Of a stretch of DNA of 64,000 nt, positions 12,001 to 27,000 are shown piece after piece. Below the pieces are notes generated by a model, which was not told the origin of the DNA, ran no database searches, and was given only the letters and a program-made list of their open reading frames with translations. Position 1 is the first letter of the stretch; each line of letters begins with the position of its first letter. The position numbers were made by a program, and so were the translations under genes. This DNA comes from Ascidiella aspersa (Eukaryota), in the NCBI GenBank assembly GCA_963924565.1, contig OZ004615.1, positions 6,944,001 to 7,008,000 of the forward strand, read 5' to 3'.

Positions 12001-15000
12001 AGCTTGGACATAAATAAAAGCGCATTTTTGAAAAAGTGATTTTAAACTAACAAGGGTCCTATTTACCGACCTGGTTAGATTTACTAAACTGGATAAAAAA
12101 AATAACGCGCGAAACAGCTGAGCAGGGTGTAATTGTTGTAATTGTTCAGCCACAAGCTTTAAAGTTTTTCATTGGCAGTCGGACTGATTGCACAACTTCA
12201 TTTAACAACTGTTTGAGATTACGTAATTGTTTCTGCCGCGCATGGTTTTTCGTGACGCAGGTGGTACAACCGGAATTTGTGATTGCGTCACAACTTGTAT
12301 TTTTAACACTCTACAAGTGGTTGCCTAACGGTGGGTGCGTAATTACCGGTCAACAAGGTTTAGTGTGATTGTAAGTCTGTTTATTTGTTGCAACGTCAAA
12401 ACAGTCACATATTACCTATTTGGAATGCACAACAAATCGTGGTTTTATCCAATGGTTGTGTTGGGAACACACAATAAAGACGTACGATGCAACGATATCT
12501 AAAGCAGAAAAATCTATAATACCATAGTGTTAAAACCAATGACTTAATAAAGTCAAATGCGCAGTAATATCCACGACAGAATAAAACCTAAACCTGTCCA
12601 AATATGTCCTAAATTCATCGGAATAAAGTCTAAATGAACGAAATAACACGTAAATCTGTATAGGGTGAGGGTATAGGACGATTATTAGGTATCAGTCCTA
12701 TTTTGATCTTAATGTTATTTTAACTTCGGTTTTATGGCCAGAGTTTGTGTTAAAAGAATACCTGTTGTGTTAAATTTTATAAAAAAATTCATCTTTTAAT
12801 TTTAAGTCGTAAATTCATCCAAGTAATAGTCGCACACCGAAAACATTAACAACGTTTTTCTTTCAATATTTGGCGTAACAACAGTTAAATATTATTTTAG
12901 ATAATTGGTATTTTCGTAAAAAGTTATCTAAATTAAGCATGATTTTTAACAGCCTGGCTAAACGGAGACCCTATAATCCTGCTTTACCCAACTGACAACC
13001 AAGGAAGGATTTGTGGAGTTGACTACATCGACCTTAACCTAAAGTAAGTTTTTTTCAACTAACAAATCATGTGGTAATTGTTGTTCAAGTACTGTTTTTT
13101 ACCATCCATTCCGTAATAGGGAGGAGCGACGTTGTTTTTAGTATAGTTGTTGGTAAAAAGTTGTATAAAAGTTTAACAAGAGTCCTAAATGTAAAACCAA
13201 CCCTTGTCTGTCGGGAACGTGAAACGTATGACGCTTCGAAACGCCAGATGTGCTTATATACCCAAGTAATTTTAACCCAAAGTTTTTCGTCCCTGGCAAG
13301 TTGTTTGAACAGCCGATTTACCGTTGCGCGCTCCGATAGGCACTGGTTCGTCGTAAAATCACAATGATGAAGCATTCGACTCCACTAATGTGTATAGAAC
13401 CAACTATTTTATCTCACTCGGAATACATGCGTGTCACCAGTAAGAGGTTGCTGACCAGAACAACACTTTTAATGTTTTTTGCCGGTTTAAAGTTACTCAA
13501 ACAACACTCTAGATCCGAAAGCATAAATTCTTGATGTCGCTGTTATTATTAAAATTAATATTAGTATAATCACAACATAACCGACGCCTATTGACTGTGA
13601 GAATTTGGAACCTAACACAAGCTTTTTGCTCGTCATATTTTTAAGCATAAAGTAAGTTGTCGCCGTTATTATCAAAATTAATATTAGTATAATCACAACA
13701 TAACCGACGCCTATTGACAGTGAGAATTTGGAACCTAACACAAGCTTTTTGCTCGTCATATTTTTAAGCATAAAGTAAGTTGTCGCCGTTATTATCAAAA
13801 TTAAATTAGTATACTCACAACATAACCGACGCTTATTGACTGTGAGAATTTGGAACCTAACACAAGCTTTTTGCTCGTCATATTTTTAAGCATAAAGTAA
13901 GTTGTCGCCGTTATTATCAAAATTAATATTAGTATAATCACAACATAACCGACGCTTATTGACTGTGAGAATTTGGAACCTAACACAAGCTTTTTGCTCG
14001 TCATATTTTTAAGCATAAAGTAAGTTGTCGCCGTTATTATCAAAATTAATATTAGTATAATCACAACATAACCGACGCTTATTGACTGTGAGAATTTGGA
14101 ACCTAACGCAAGCTTTTTTCTTGTCTTTTTTCACACGCAGATCGAAAAATAACCTGTTCTACTTCGACATTACGAAATGCGCAAGCCCGGCCACACTTCT
14201 GAAATTGCAATGTCCGACTACGCAGGTAAGCTGTATTAACTTTATGCTTTATTGCCAACTAAAAATTGGTTGCAAGTGAAAGCTGTTAGTCTTGCGTCCA
14301 TAAAGTGAGACTTGACGGATTGGTCACCTTTTCCTGTATTTGCAACTATTAATTTGGACGAAACACGTATCTTACGTCAACACGTATAGAAAAATCGAAT
14401 TTCCCAAGAGGTTAGCGTTAGTAAAGCTTGGTTTTATTCGGTTTTAACATTGAGGCTTTTGATTTTAACGCTGTTGGTTTGCCTCGTTTTATAGGCAATT
14501 TAATATAGCGAAAGCGTTTTTTACGGTTTCGGGCGTCCGTCCTGAGTAAGAGTTTTTATTCACAACCTCATTTAACAGTGACAAAATGGTTATAAACTAT
14601 TTAAATTTCAGGAACAATTCTCCACTTAGCATACTAGGTACATCTAGAATGAGGATAGGGTGGCCATAATTCCATTATTTTTGTTCACTATATCTTAACC
14701 TATATCCAACAAATACAGAGTATTGGTCAGTGGTTCTCAACCGAGGTGATATTTCTAACGCCTATCTTGCCAAGAGGTATTTTAAATTCCAATTTTGCTC
14801 TATTAGTGAGCTTCTTGATACAATATTTAGTACGATTGGAATGCAGCAAATCAAGAAGGTTTTTTCAACCTTGTGTACAGTTCACGTTCGCTGTTTCGAT
14901 TTCGTTTATAACCACGTTACAGTAAACCTCTTCGCGAAAACCCTATAGTCAACGTTTTATAATTTATGTTGAGTGCGGAAAGCCAAAAAAAGCTTAGGTA

Positions 15001-18000
15001 ACACTGGTATAGGCCAACTGTTTCGTTGGTAGCTTTTTTGAAGCCACCTATAGTATATCTTACTGGTTCTCAACCGGGGTGCCGCAGCACCCTTGGGTGC
15101 CATTTCTAATGCTTAATGGTGCCGAGAGATATTTGAGAATCTTTACGAATCTGATTTTTGCTCAACTGTTACAACTTTTTGTGTAAGATTAGAGCGGAAT
15201 AAATCCAATTATAAACTTCCTACGTTGTGTAGAGTTGATGTGTGTTGTTTCATTTCCGTTTATTGTGATATTCTAGTGCAGGGTGGTCCAAGGTTGACTG
15301 CATCGCGGCCCACAATATTTCTTGCATATTCTTTGCGGGCCACCTAAAGTGTTACATGCGTGCCAGGAGCCGATCAATAATTTTCGTTTGGTCGGGGCAT
15401 GAATTGTTTAAAGATGACGCCACAAAGCATCGACAAAAAGTAACGTCTAGAGCCCACAAAAGTCAATAAAGTTAAAATTTTTAAGGACCTCGTCTGTCCA
15501 CGAATCAAAGAATAAAGTTGTTTTCAGCACCTAGGGGACTGTTTCTAAGAAGTTTATAGGTAAAAATAAAGTTAAAATTTACAATAAAGTTAAATTTTTT
15601 TAATAAAGTCAAAATTTGTCAAATTATGGCTTTTGACAAAGTTTTTGTGTTTCTTGAGAGTAATTTTTGTAAAAATCGTCGTGAAAGCATTGTAAATCAG
15701 GAACTGCGCCACAATTAAACCATATGAACCTATAAAAGCGGGAAATATGTCACAATGCCCACTTGAATCAGCAGTAACTTTTATCGCAAATTGATCATTT
15801 TTTTTTATTTATTGTTAAGTATTTAAATAATTCTTATAAAACACTTCATCTTGATAAACGTGGTCTTTTCGAAGATCAACAGTTTGGATTTTAGGAATAG
15901 CCTACTGACATTCGGTAATACAAAAATGCCTAAGCAGTAAGCTATCTAAATCCATCGCCCAAAAAAACGACACACTTTTCATATTCCATAGGCTAAAACA
16001 CCTTGACTTTGCGACAAAATATTATGTTTGGGTAACTGGCATCAATTCAAAGAAGAACTGTGGCCTCTACAAACAAGCAATTTCGTTAGGCTAAAATACA
16101 AAATAAAATTTGATAAAAATAAAGTTAAAATTTTTTTTTTTTAGGGTTAAAATAAAAATGGCCCTAGTAACGTCGAAAAACACATAGGCTCTCGAAATTT
16201 TCTACTACCGTCTCCTCTAACTTGTGAGCAAATGAAATCGAATAATTATTATGAGACTGGCAAAATGGTGCGCGCAAAGCGCGAAAAACTAGATCAATTT
16301 GGCTGAAAGTTTTCAACTAGATCAATTTGGCTGAAAAGACATCATGAAACGGTCCGATCGTTAGCCTTTAGTCATGGTAAAAACAAAAATTCTCAGAAGC
16401 GCGATATATTTTATTGTTTATTTACTTTAAAGTAGCAAAAATAGTAATTTATCTGGGGCTTTTTATATTATGTTTATATTAAAAAGACGGAAAACAAAAT
16501 GCCAGTATATAATTATTTAGGTTTGCAAAAAGCCTTTTTAGAAAGTTGCATATAGAACGTACTGCGACTTTCAAACTGGTCTAACACATATCAAAAATTA
16601 GGTGTTCTTACCACCCCCTGGACACGAATTTGATGAGCGATAGTAAACTGGTTTATTTAACGGTGTATAGCCGAAAAAATGTAATCATAGACAAACAATT
16701 GCAGTATGCTTGCTGATCTTAAGTTATTTTAGTTTCTTTGATTAAACCCTCAACTGTGCGCATTACAATAATGAATTTAACAGTGCTTCGCGGGCCACGA
16801 ACAATGATGTCGCGGGCCACATCTGGCCCGCCGGCCTGGGTTTGGACCACCCTGTTCTAGTGAATTACCTACGGAAAAAAATTGTAGGGGTGCCGCAATC
16901 TATTTATTATTTCTGATGGGTGTCGCTAGCCATAAAAGGCTGAGAAACACTGGTATATCTCTTCACAACTTCAACCATTGGTTCGCTGAGTGGCGGCGGA
17001 ACCAGTTTTTACCTTGTTTTTTGACGATATTCGTTCGATGCAGATCTGCGTTCAGACGTGCCCTGCCGAGAACTGGGCCTACTTCCCCGACATCGCCAAG
17101 TTTGAAGCGGCCAAAGCTGCCAACCTGAACGCAGTCAACACGAGTGCACAACGGGAGGCTATCGCCCTGTCAGCCGAGACCACCTTCTATCTGAACTTCA
17201 CCAAGTACATCTGCTCCTATGGCTACAACGTGCGCGCGGAGTGGGTTAACAACAGCAGAGTGAGTAAATCCTTACGCAACACACACAAAAATATTTATTA
17301 TAGTAATCAATGTGTTTTTTCGGTGAGTTATCTTATCTAAGAAGTTTCTCGATTGGACTTTTTTGTACTTTTATAGATGAACAAAAAGTAAATTTATAAC
17401 GGGGAATGACAACCTTTTAGTGACAGTAAACCGCATTGTACGTATTTTGTCGGTGGTGGTTTAACTCATTTTGTTTAAATGTGGTCCATGTAGATTTGAA
17501 AAATTTAAATTTAGTTACTTGACGTGCTCCCCCCTGAATCTGTATCTTAGTTGGTAAAGCGACGTTCCCAGTATTCCAGGAGGTTGTAAGTTCGAACCTC
17601 ACCACATGCTGGTTATTTTCTAGCCTGGCCTTTCTTGCACTATAATCCTGAATATATGCTGACTGATTACGGTAGGACTTTTCGAAGGCATCCGGTGGAC
17701 TATATAATGCGTGCCGTTGGCCAGTACGCCTCCCTATATGGGATTGTGCGCCTCCAGAGAGGCATTACACAGAATGCCCTTTATGTATATGTACGTTTCA
17801 GTTAGTTAGCGAAATTCGAAAATGCGAAATAATATAAGAATAGTACGTCCAATAAACAAGTTGGTTTGTATGTTTAAATTAATATTGGATCACTAACATA
17901 TCCACATGAAACTTTAAAAATCAGTTACGCAGGAATAAATGGCCATTAGGGATAAATAAAACCATTTCGGGAAGTGTTTAACTTTTTAAAACGTTTTGAA

Positions 18001-21000
18001 CGTAGACCCCCGAAGAATCGGTGCGCTTCGGACACTGCGCCCCCTACTACCTGGAAATGACCCCTGTGGTGAGCCGGTGCATCCCGAAAGTGATAAAGGA
18101 CGCCGCCCAATTTACGGCGTCGCTCGTCGACGAAAACGGAACCACGATAAATCAAGTCCTTACGGTATGTGTTGTAATACAGTATTTCTTAATCAGTTGA
18201 ATGGTTCACCACAGGGTGAATAAATTTTTTGCAGGGGTGAACCAACCAAAAGCGGTGAATAAGGCTGAACCGTCAGAAATCGATGATAGTCCGTTGTTTT
18301 TCTAAACTTTGTGACTGTGTTTTGTGCTTTTGTAGCTTAATATCTCTGGACTCGAGAAATTGTAAATTTGCAATTATAAAACTTAGCTTGAGTTAATCTT
18401 AACAAAAATCGAAACAGCCTAAGTCATTTCGTGCTGTTATATATAGATGAATTTTATCATATCATGAGACAAGGGTGAATTAAATCTGGAGAAGGATGCT
18501 AGGAGTTAACAAAATTAAAAAAGTCTAAGAAGCACTGTTCTAATATATAGTGCCCTGTATGCGATATGAAATCATAAAGCAAACAAAAGAGAACTCGGAC
18601 CACCGGCAAGAGCTTTTGTGTTGTTGTTTCAAATGATTTCCGATACTTGACTATTTACTCGGTTCCCGATAATCGATATTTTGGACTAAAAGTTTCGCGA
18701 TCCGATCTGATAACAAGTGACGTCTTTACTATGCACTATAACAAGCGAAATAAATGAAGTTAAAAGTTTTTAGGGGTTATTAGGTTAAAATTTGTTTTAG
18801 CGCGGTGGTTTTCAACCTGGGGGTCGCGACCACCGGGTGGGTCGTTTGTATTTTTTTCTCTGGGGGTCGCGAACAATTAAATACCTATCACTATTACAAG
18901 AATGCTAATTAATTACCATAAAACATTATCTGTAATGATATTAGTGAATATTGTCAACAGTGGATGTTTAAATAGTGAGCAGCCAGGAAGCAAGTTGCGA
19001 GATAGATTATTATTTCAACAGTGTAAGCTTACTATACTTAGGTTGTTACCTAAGTCATTTCGTGCTGTTATATATAGATGAATGTTATCACATCATGAGA
19101 CAAGGGTGAATTTAATCTGGAGATAGATACTAGAAGTGAACAAAATTTAAAAAAAGTCAAAAAAACATCTGTAATGATATTAGTGAATATTGTCAACAGT
19201 GGATGTTTAAATAATGAGCAGCCAGGAAGCAAGTTGCGACATAGATTATTATTTCAACAGTGTAAGCTTACTATTGATTTGCCGGTATCAAACATATAGC
19301 TAGCCTAGCCTGAGGAAATTTCAAAAGCGACTGTTAAGAGCAAGTTAAAATTTGCTAGACATAAAAAAACTTTTTTTATTGCTATTTCACATGGAATAAG
19401 AGCATTTTAATAGCTTTATTCACACAGAATAAAGTTACCGAGGGTTAACGAGCAGCATTTTTTTGCTCGGTTTTCAAAGGGCAAGAGAAATACTGCTCGT
19501 TATATCAAAGTCAGTTTAGTAGCGAAAAAATGAATTTATCCAGCCCGTAAAACGTTAGCGAGCATTGGGTTATGACCCTCTTGTTTAGCAGCTTTCTACT
19601 CTTTGGATGGGGGTTGTTTGTTACATTTGGTTGTTAAAATGGTGGGCGGTTAAAAAAATGTTGAAAAGCACTGCTTTAGCGTTAAGAGGTTTGGGTATTT
19701 CCAGGTGAACAACCTACTGCTTGTTGATAAATATCACCCAAGTATCGGACGACAATGCTATACATGGCACCAGGTTTTTCACGTCGATCCCTTAATTATC
19801 GGACATCTCTGGTGTAAAATGTAACTTTTAAAATCGAGTTTTCGTCCAAGTATACTGAATTAAGCTTTTTATCGCTACAAGCATTTGTTATCGTTAAAAA
19901 ACACCCTACTCAGTTAACAAAGAGCACCATGCGGTCACAGTCTATTGATATATGCTTTCAGACTAAAAAAAAAAATTAGTTCGCAAAATAGGCTGTCCGC
20001 TTTAAACCAAAAACTCAAAGAAACTCAACTAAGACGCCCAAAGAGTTTTTTTTTTATTGATTTAATGACAATCAGGTGGCAGTCAAGTAACAACGCGTAA
20101 TGACTCAATATTGGACACTAAATAATTTACATCAAAATCTACGAGAAGCTAAAACAGTGATGCACAGCAGTAAATAAAGTGAGAGATTCTAAGAAATAGG
20201 AAAAAAAGAGTTCTATACACATCGTTCTATTTTGCAAATACGCAAACCTTGTGTATTTTACCTCGCCTAGGATGCTAACAACAATCCGATTACCGGCGCT
20301 GAACTGGTGTCGGGAACCGACGGGGTGCAGCTCTACCTCCAAGCACGTGAGATCGCTGACAAGATATTTTCCGATCTTACTACCTCCTGGTACTGGCTCC
20401 TCATGTAAGTGTAAAAAAGTTTTCGTTGCTACAAAATCGCCTTGGTTGCGTGTTACAGGGAGGTTCCGTTAACAGAAGGGGATCGATTTGTAAAAGCGTG
20501 TTTAAAGTTTAGCGAACTTTTATTGTAACTGTTTTTTTAAATAATAAAAATATCAGGAGTACATCCGTTCGTGTAGGTATTAAAAGGACTTTAACGAAAT
20601 ATGTTCTTGTAAGGGTGTTAGGGAACTTGCCACTCCTAAACTGGCATAACCAAAAACAAAGAGCTAATTATCAAAATAGCGCCACACTGGTTTACTCTTC
20701 ATATGCCGGCGTTGAATGTTTTGAGGGATCTCACTAACCAACCAATGATTGTCAGAGGTTGTGGGAGGGAGTTTATTGAAAGTTGTATGTCAGCTGAAGT
20801 CTTCATCAGTAATATATAGCATAAAAAACACAAGTGACAGTTGCAACAACTTAGTCCCTTATTTGAAATTAATTCAATAATAAATGTTAGTGCTAATAAT
20901 CAACAAAACAAAAATGAAAACCTAAACTAACACAGCCAAAAAAAGTAGCTGTTAACACCAACAAATTCACGTCTAAAATGATGGACGTACACGACACGTT

Positions 21001-24000
21001 TTTGCTCTAAGCAAACCTCTCCACTAGGAGCAGTGTTTAATAAAAAAAAACACCAAAAGGAAGTCCCCTAAGCAAGGATCTGTAATGTAGGTTGATAATA
21101 AATTGCAAAGCGAAAAAGTTCGACTAGATCGACATCACATTTACCTCAAGATGATGTCGATCTATTCCTTTTTTTGGCTTTGCGCCTAAGTGCTTAATAC
21201 AAAATATATGTTAACGTTCTACTGGTTTAAATGAAACCATCAAAACGCCTCCCCTAATATTCCAATCTTGGCAACTATCTCCACCCCGAAATAACCAAAC
21301 TTTTTCCAACGCAGACTGCTGGCTGTCGCGGCGGTCGTGGCCTTCTTATGGATCGTGGTGATGCGTTGGGTGGCCGGCATCATGGTCTGGGCCACCCTTA
21401 TCACCATTGTGGCCGCCCTGTCATTTGGCGTCTGGTACTGCGTTGACGAGTATCTCGTAAGTTGAGTAGTTGTCTATTGAATGAGTGAACGCCAATCTGT
21501 ACGCAGAATAAATTGCGTTTGTTAATAAACATAATAGCAGAAGATCGGGCGAAGCTTTTCTCACGTTAAATTTGGTGTAATTTACAACACTAGCATTAGG
21601 ACTCATGGTCGAAGTAAAGATTTTTTTTAATACGAAATCGTGTAACACTTTCAAAAGGATTGAAGGACCTATTTGATTGAGCAAATGTAAAATACACTAA
21701 TTTCTGAAAAGTGACGCAAGGTATGACAAAAAATGTTAAACTGTTCTGCCGTTATTTATTTGACTTTAAAAATATAGCGCCAGATATCATAAAAATGTTA
21801 AACTGTTTTGACTTTTTTATTGACTATAAGAATATAGCGCAAGATATATGATCAAAAAATGTTAAACTGTTTTGACGTTATTTTTTTTACTTTAAAAATA
21901 TAACGCAAGATATTACAAAATGCTAAAATATTTTGACGTTATTTTTTTTGGCCTCAAAAAAAGTAAAAATGTTTTTAAAACTATACAAAAACGCCATTAC
22001 TTAAAGAATGCGAAAACCTCCATTTTTTAAGGTGCTTTTATAGTAATTTTAAGACGGCTTTAAACCATCTCATTTTTATTTTCTATTCACAGCGACTTCT
22101 TAACGTGCCGGGAGCCAACCAGACCCTGATATCGGTAGGCTTCACCACAAGCCTGGACACCTACCTCAGCCTCACTGAAACTTGGCTCGCCTTCTGTAAG
22201 TGTGACTGCAAAAGCAATTGGCGTTATATTATTTTTGTTTCCTCAAAATCTAAGCGATCAATGTGCATACACTGTGTCTTGTAATCAGACACCCAGATGG
22301 CCAATATAATTGTTTTCCTTTCCTATTTTGCGTAACGCATGCCGACTTAGTGCATTTTCAGTTAAAATTGTTTTTAAATTCGTTGTAAACCCGCGCGCGG
22401 CCAGTTCTACGAGATATTGACAAACGATAAGATTTATTTATATAACAGGAACAATAGTCTAAAACAAATCATATCCGGTGATATTCGTTCACTTTCTATT
22501 CCAGTAAACTATGCAAAGCGAGAAAAATTGTAAATATATACGCCATTTAAACGATTTCGGGATAATTTTTTTGCACGAAATCCGTCCTCATTGACATGAT
22601 TCGTTATTTTAATCGAATTGCACTCTTCTTCTCTTCCGCAGCCATCATCCTTGGTGTGGTGGACCTCATCATCATCCTGATGATCTTGTTCCTCCGCAAA
22701 AGGATCCAGATCGCGATCCAAATCATCCGACAGGCGAGCAAGTGAGTTGGCAAAAGAAAATATTTTGGGAAAGGGAGTGTCGCTATGTTAGCAATGTCCA
22801 TTCAACTTTCATAAATGTTTAACTTGGAAGCATGGACGTCGGGTTTCGGGTGCTTAGGGTGCTCCGAGCACACTAACATAAATTTTGGGTGTTCAGCCCC
22901 CATAAAACAATGGTAAATCTTGGGAAATACTGTATACTGTATATTTTGTTTGATGTGTGCGATTAAGGACTATTATTTTTCATGGCGCAATTTAGCACAA
23001 TAGCTGGTTAGCAAATAAACGTCTACTTCTTAGTACTTTGAGGTATTTATACGAACGTTTACAGCTATATCATAAAACCTTTGTTTGTTAAAACGAAACC
23101 GATTGTACCATTAAAGGGCTTTCCCAGCCATGGGATTCGCAATCTTTGTTAACTTTTTTTTAGCGAGAATTTAATGGCGTAATATATAAGCACCCTTGTA
23201 AAAAACAAAAGTCGGCGACAATATGCTTAAAGATTGTTTTACTATAATATCCCAATCTTAGGAACCTAAGCCATAATCGATCATTAACATAATATTATTT
23301 GTAAACACACTTTGCTGCACATAGAGCCATCGGCTACATGATATCGACCCTCTTCTACCCGCTGGTCACCTTTGTGTTGGTTGTGATCGTGGTGGCCTTC
23401 TGGGGCGCCACGGCCCTTTTCCTGGCCTCGACGGGGGATCCCCAATACCAGATCTCGTCCCCCAACATTAGCATCAACGGCACCTCCTGCAACATAACGG
23501 TGAGTGTTTTAACCTAAGGCTGTTTAGTGAACGGAGAAACCCACTGTTGTAAACAAGTCATTTTACCAGTGTTTTTGCATTTGTAAAAACCTACGTTCTT
23601 TCAGACTTAAGTCCAAGTCTAATCATTTTGACAAAATAACAAGTCAAGTCATAATTATGGCAAGTCAATTTCAAGTCACGTTCTTGTCATAAAACTTGAA
23701 CGTTAAAATATTAAAATTAGTCCAAATATGAGCAGTAACCCAAGACTTGAGTCAAGGCAGGTCATTTCAAAACCGTGACAAGTCAAGTCCTTACAACACT
23801 GGAAAAACCTTTGCTGATGTTCGGTGTGTTACATGAGCTTTGTCGTTCACGTCGGGTTGCCTTTGTTTTCTTTATGTACAGCGTTTTAACCTTGAGAATC
23901 CCTACTAAAACGATATAAAAAGTGATACCCTGTTGTCCTAAATCTCCTAGGAACCCTTTTCAAACGCCTTGCGAGATTTTTTGTTTTCTCTTTTTAAAAA

Positions 24001-27000
24001 ATTGGCCTTATTTTTAAGAAAAAATAATGTGCTATGAGTTAAGTCACAATTTTGATTAAAAATGTATTGTTGATCGTGTTTCTCTTTCATAGCACATATA
24101 CATTGGGTCTGTGGCATCTTTTACAAATTTAGCGCATATTATTCAGTCGCGGTAATTTTGTCAACCTGCGTTTATTTCAGCTTTGGAGCAATTCCAGTCA
24201 CGAGTTCTACGACGACAATTCGACCAAGTGCATCTTCACCAAATACGGAGGAACTTCCATGTAAGTTGCCAACTATAACGGCTTTTATTTGACAAGAAAC
24301 CTTAAGTATGGTTTAGATCAGCGGTTCTCAACCGCCGGTCCGCATCAACTTTCCTGCCGATCCGCCAAATATATTACCATTTCATACCTCAATTGTAAAA
24401 TGCAAGACATTGAAGGCTTTTATCAAATTTAGAACTTTTTCCAATTCCGTAATTTGCAGAATTGTGGCATAACATAGAGATGATGGTCTAGTTTAGACTT
24501 TATTAAACGTCACAATGCTGCAAGTGTTGTGCCCAGCTGTTTAAAAGTGGGTTACAGCTCGTTAAAGTCTTAAAATTGAAGACCAGTTGTATGTAAAAAC
24601 TAAGAAGTCTTTTAGTTGATTACTTTTTTGTAATTACATTTTGGTTTGATTTTTGAAGGTCCACCGGTCCGCAAAATTTGTTTTGAAATTTTACCGGTCC
24701 GTAAGCTAAAAAGGTTGAGAACCACTGGTTTAGATCATTGGTCGGCAAACGTTTTTGCCGCGGCCCAAAATACTCTTTCCAGATCTTTTGAAGGCCTATC
24801 ACGTGAAACCACGAAAACGGGGAAGGACCCAGGATGTTTGTTTTGGTTGGGGTATGCAAATTTTCAGAATGATGTCACAAACGAGGTCATGATACAATTG
24901 TCATAACTTACATAGCGCTTTTGGGCCGAAAAGATTCAAGTAAAAGAAATAAATAAAAGTTCGCACAAGGCGCGTAAAAAAGTTGTTTTCCATAGTTAAA
25001 CTTGGGATAAATGTATAGTTTAAGGAGGTCTAGTGGAGGTTCTGTGATGCAGCAATATGCCAAGATAAAAAATTGAGCACATCAAGGAAATGCAGTAGGA
25101 ATGCAGAACAATTAATGTGCGGCTATCATGCGGCCACCACTTTATGATAACACTATAAACTGTTGAAAAATATAAAAATTACTTCACCAATTGTTACACA
25201 CATTACCGGACACGTTGTAAAAAGGGATTACATTGAATTTTTTGAAGTGTTTTTTATCTTGTAGACCTAATAAAACATTTGTGCCCGACAAACATTTCTG
25301 CCCGACAGGCCCCTTAAAACGTAATAGAATTTTATATAAAAAATAATATTATTTTAAGCAGCAAAATACATCGACTGTCCATTCCGAAAACCGGGGTATA
25401 TATGTATTGGGCTATAGCATAACTATATTGTGATGTAATGACACACACATTGACATTAAAGCCTATGGATCATGGAAACACGACAGGAAACGATATTGTC
25501 TGACACTTCAACACAAATGGGTGTTGCAATTATCATCGAGTGCTATTCATCATCGATTTATATTTCGCGTTGCATTGTCTACCGACTTGCGACTCTGTCT
25601 ATTGAATCGTTATTCAAATTCCGACGCTTTTGTTAAAATTTATATTGCTCTGTGGCCCAAGGAAAACCGCAGCAGACCACATTAAGGCTAACAATCGAGC
25701 ACTATATCGAGACATAGATGCGCACATATATAAATCCAAGCCAGCTGAAGCGATATCATTGGCTTCACTTTAACAGCATTTCGTGCGTTTTACTTTGCAA
25801 TGTCGATTTTATCATTTTGCTTTTTGACAATTTTATCGTTTGGAGTTCTACTTATTTGTAGGTTTATGAATCTCGTACATTTCCGAGAAATTTCTAAAAC
25901 CTAAAAATCTTTAAAAAAACAGATATCACTCGAATTATTACTTGAACATCTAAAAAAGGCACAGCGATATAAAACCGACGTCAGTCTCAAATTAGAAATG
26001 TTTTTTCCTTAATAGTTTGTATTTTCTGTTACATTTCTTCGCTTTTGTGAACTTACAATGATTTGGTTTGCCAGATTCCACCAGAACGTGATCTGGCTGC
26101 AAGTGGTCGAGGCCTTCGGAATGCTTTGGATAATGAACTGGGTTTTGGCCCTCGGTCAGTGCACGCTGGCAGGTGAGCGAGATGAAATGCGGAATTGAAT
26201 AACCGCTAGACGGTGCTAGAGATACAAATTGCCCGCTCGTTAAAAGGAACGATTGTTATTCGTACACCCCATTGCTTAGCTTAAAGTTTCAAAACTGGGG
26301 TTTGCGTAACGAGTTTAAAGGGTCGCGAGTAATAATACGAAGTGTTACATCTATAAAAGTGTTATTTTTTCTGTTTAATATGCTAATGGTAAACCCAATG
26401 CAAAACACAACTCTTAAAATGCGGGTTACTTTAACCAATGCGTGGCAAAACAGAGAACGAGAAATGTTATGTTTTGAACAATTAAACCTAAGTGGTTCAC
26501 GGAACATTTTAATAAATTAAAAGGGGTCGCAGACAAACTCTTCTGCAAAATACATTTTTCAATTTGCTGAAAATCGACCCACATAAACAAACAAGCACAA
26601 TGTACCGACTATAACAGTGTTTCTTAACCATTTTAGCGCTGGTACCCTTTGACCTTTCATGAAATTTTCTCGTACCCCCCCCTGTCTACAATGGTCGACG
26701 AAAGAATATAAAATTGTCACAATACGTATCAAAATTAGTGTATTTATAACTTAGGTGTTGAATGCTTTCATTAAAAACAGTCTAGTAAGTTCAACAATAT
26801 TTACAACACACAACAATCAGTCAATTTACTAATGGCATTTTTGTTGTTGCTTTTCGTAAGTCGAGCATTTTTCTAAAATATGCATAATTAGCGCATAATT
26901 TCACGCTGCATGTCGTACCCCCTGCTTTGGTGCTTCGTGCCACTTAGGGGTACACGTACCCCTGGTTAAGAACCCCTGGACTACAGTGTCTGCTATAATA

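Noticed and set aside
13493-14064. Hydrophobic repetitive minus-strand ORFs; CRISPR-like periodicity
   Set aside because: Translation of the 123-bp tandem repeat; units are identical with no unique spacers, and the context is eukaryotic
17541-17610. Possible tRNA gene
   Set aside because: A/B boxes are present but acceptor and anticodon stems do not pair, and it continues into a SINE-like body
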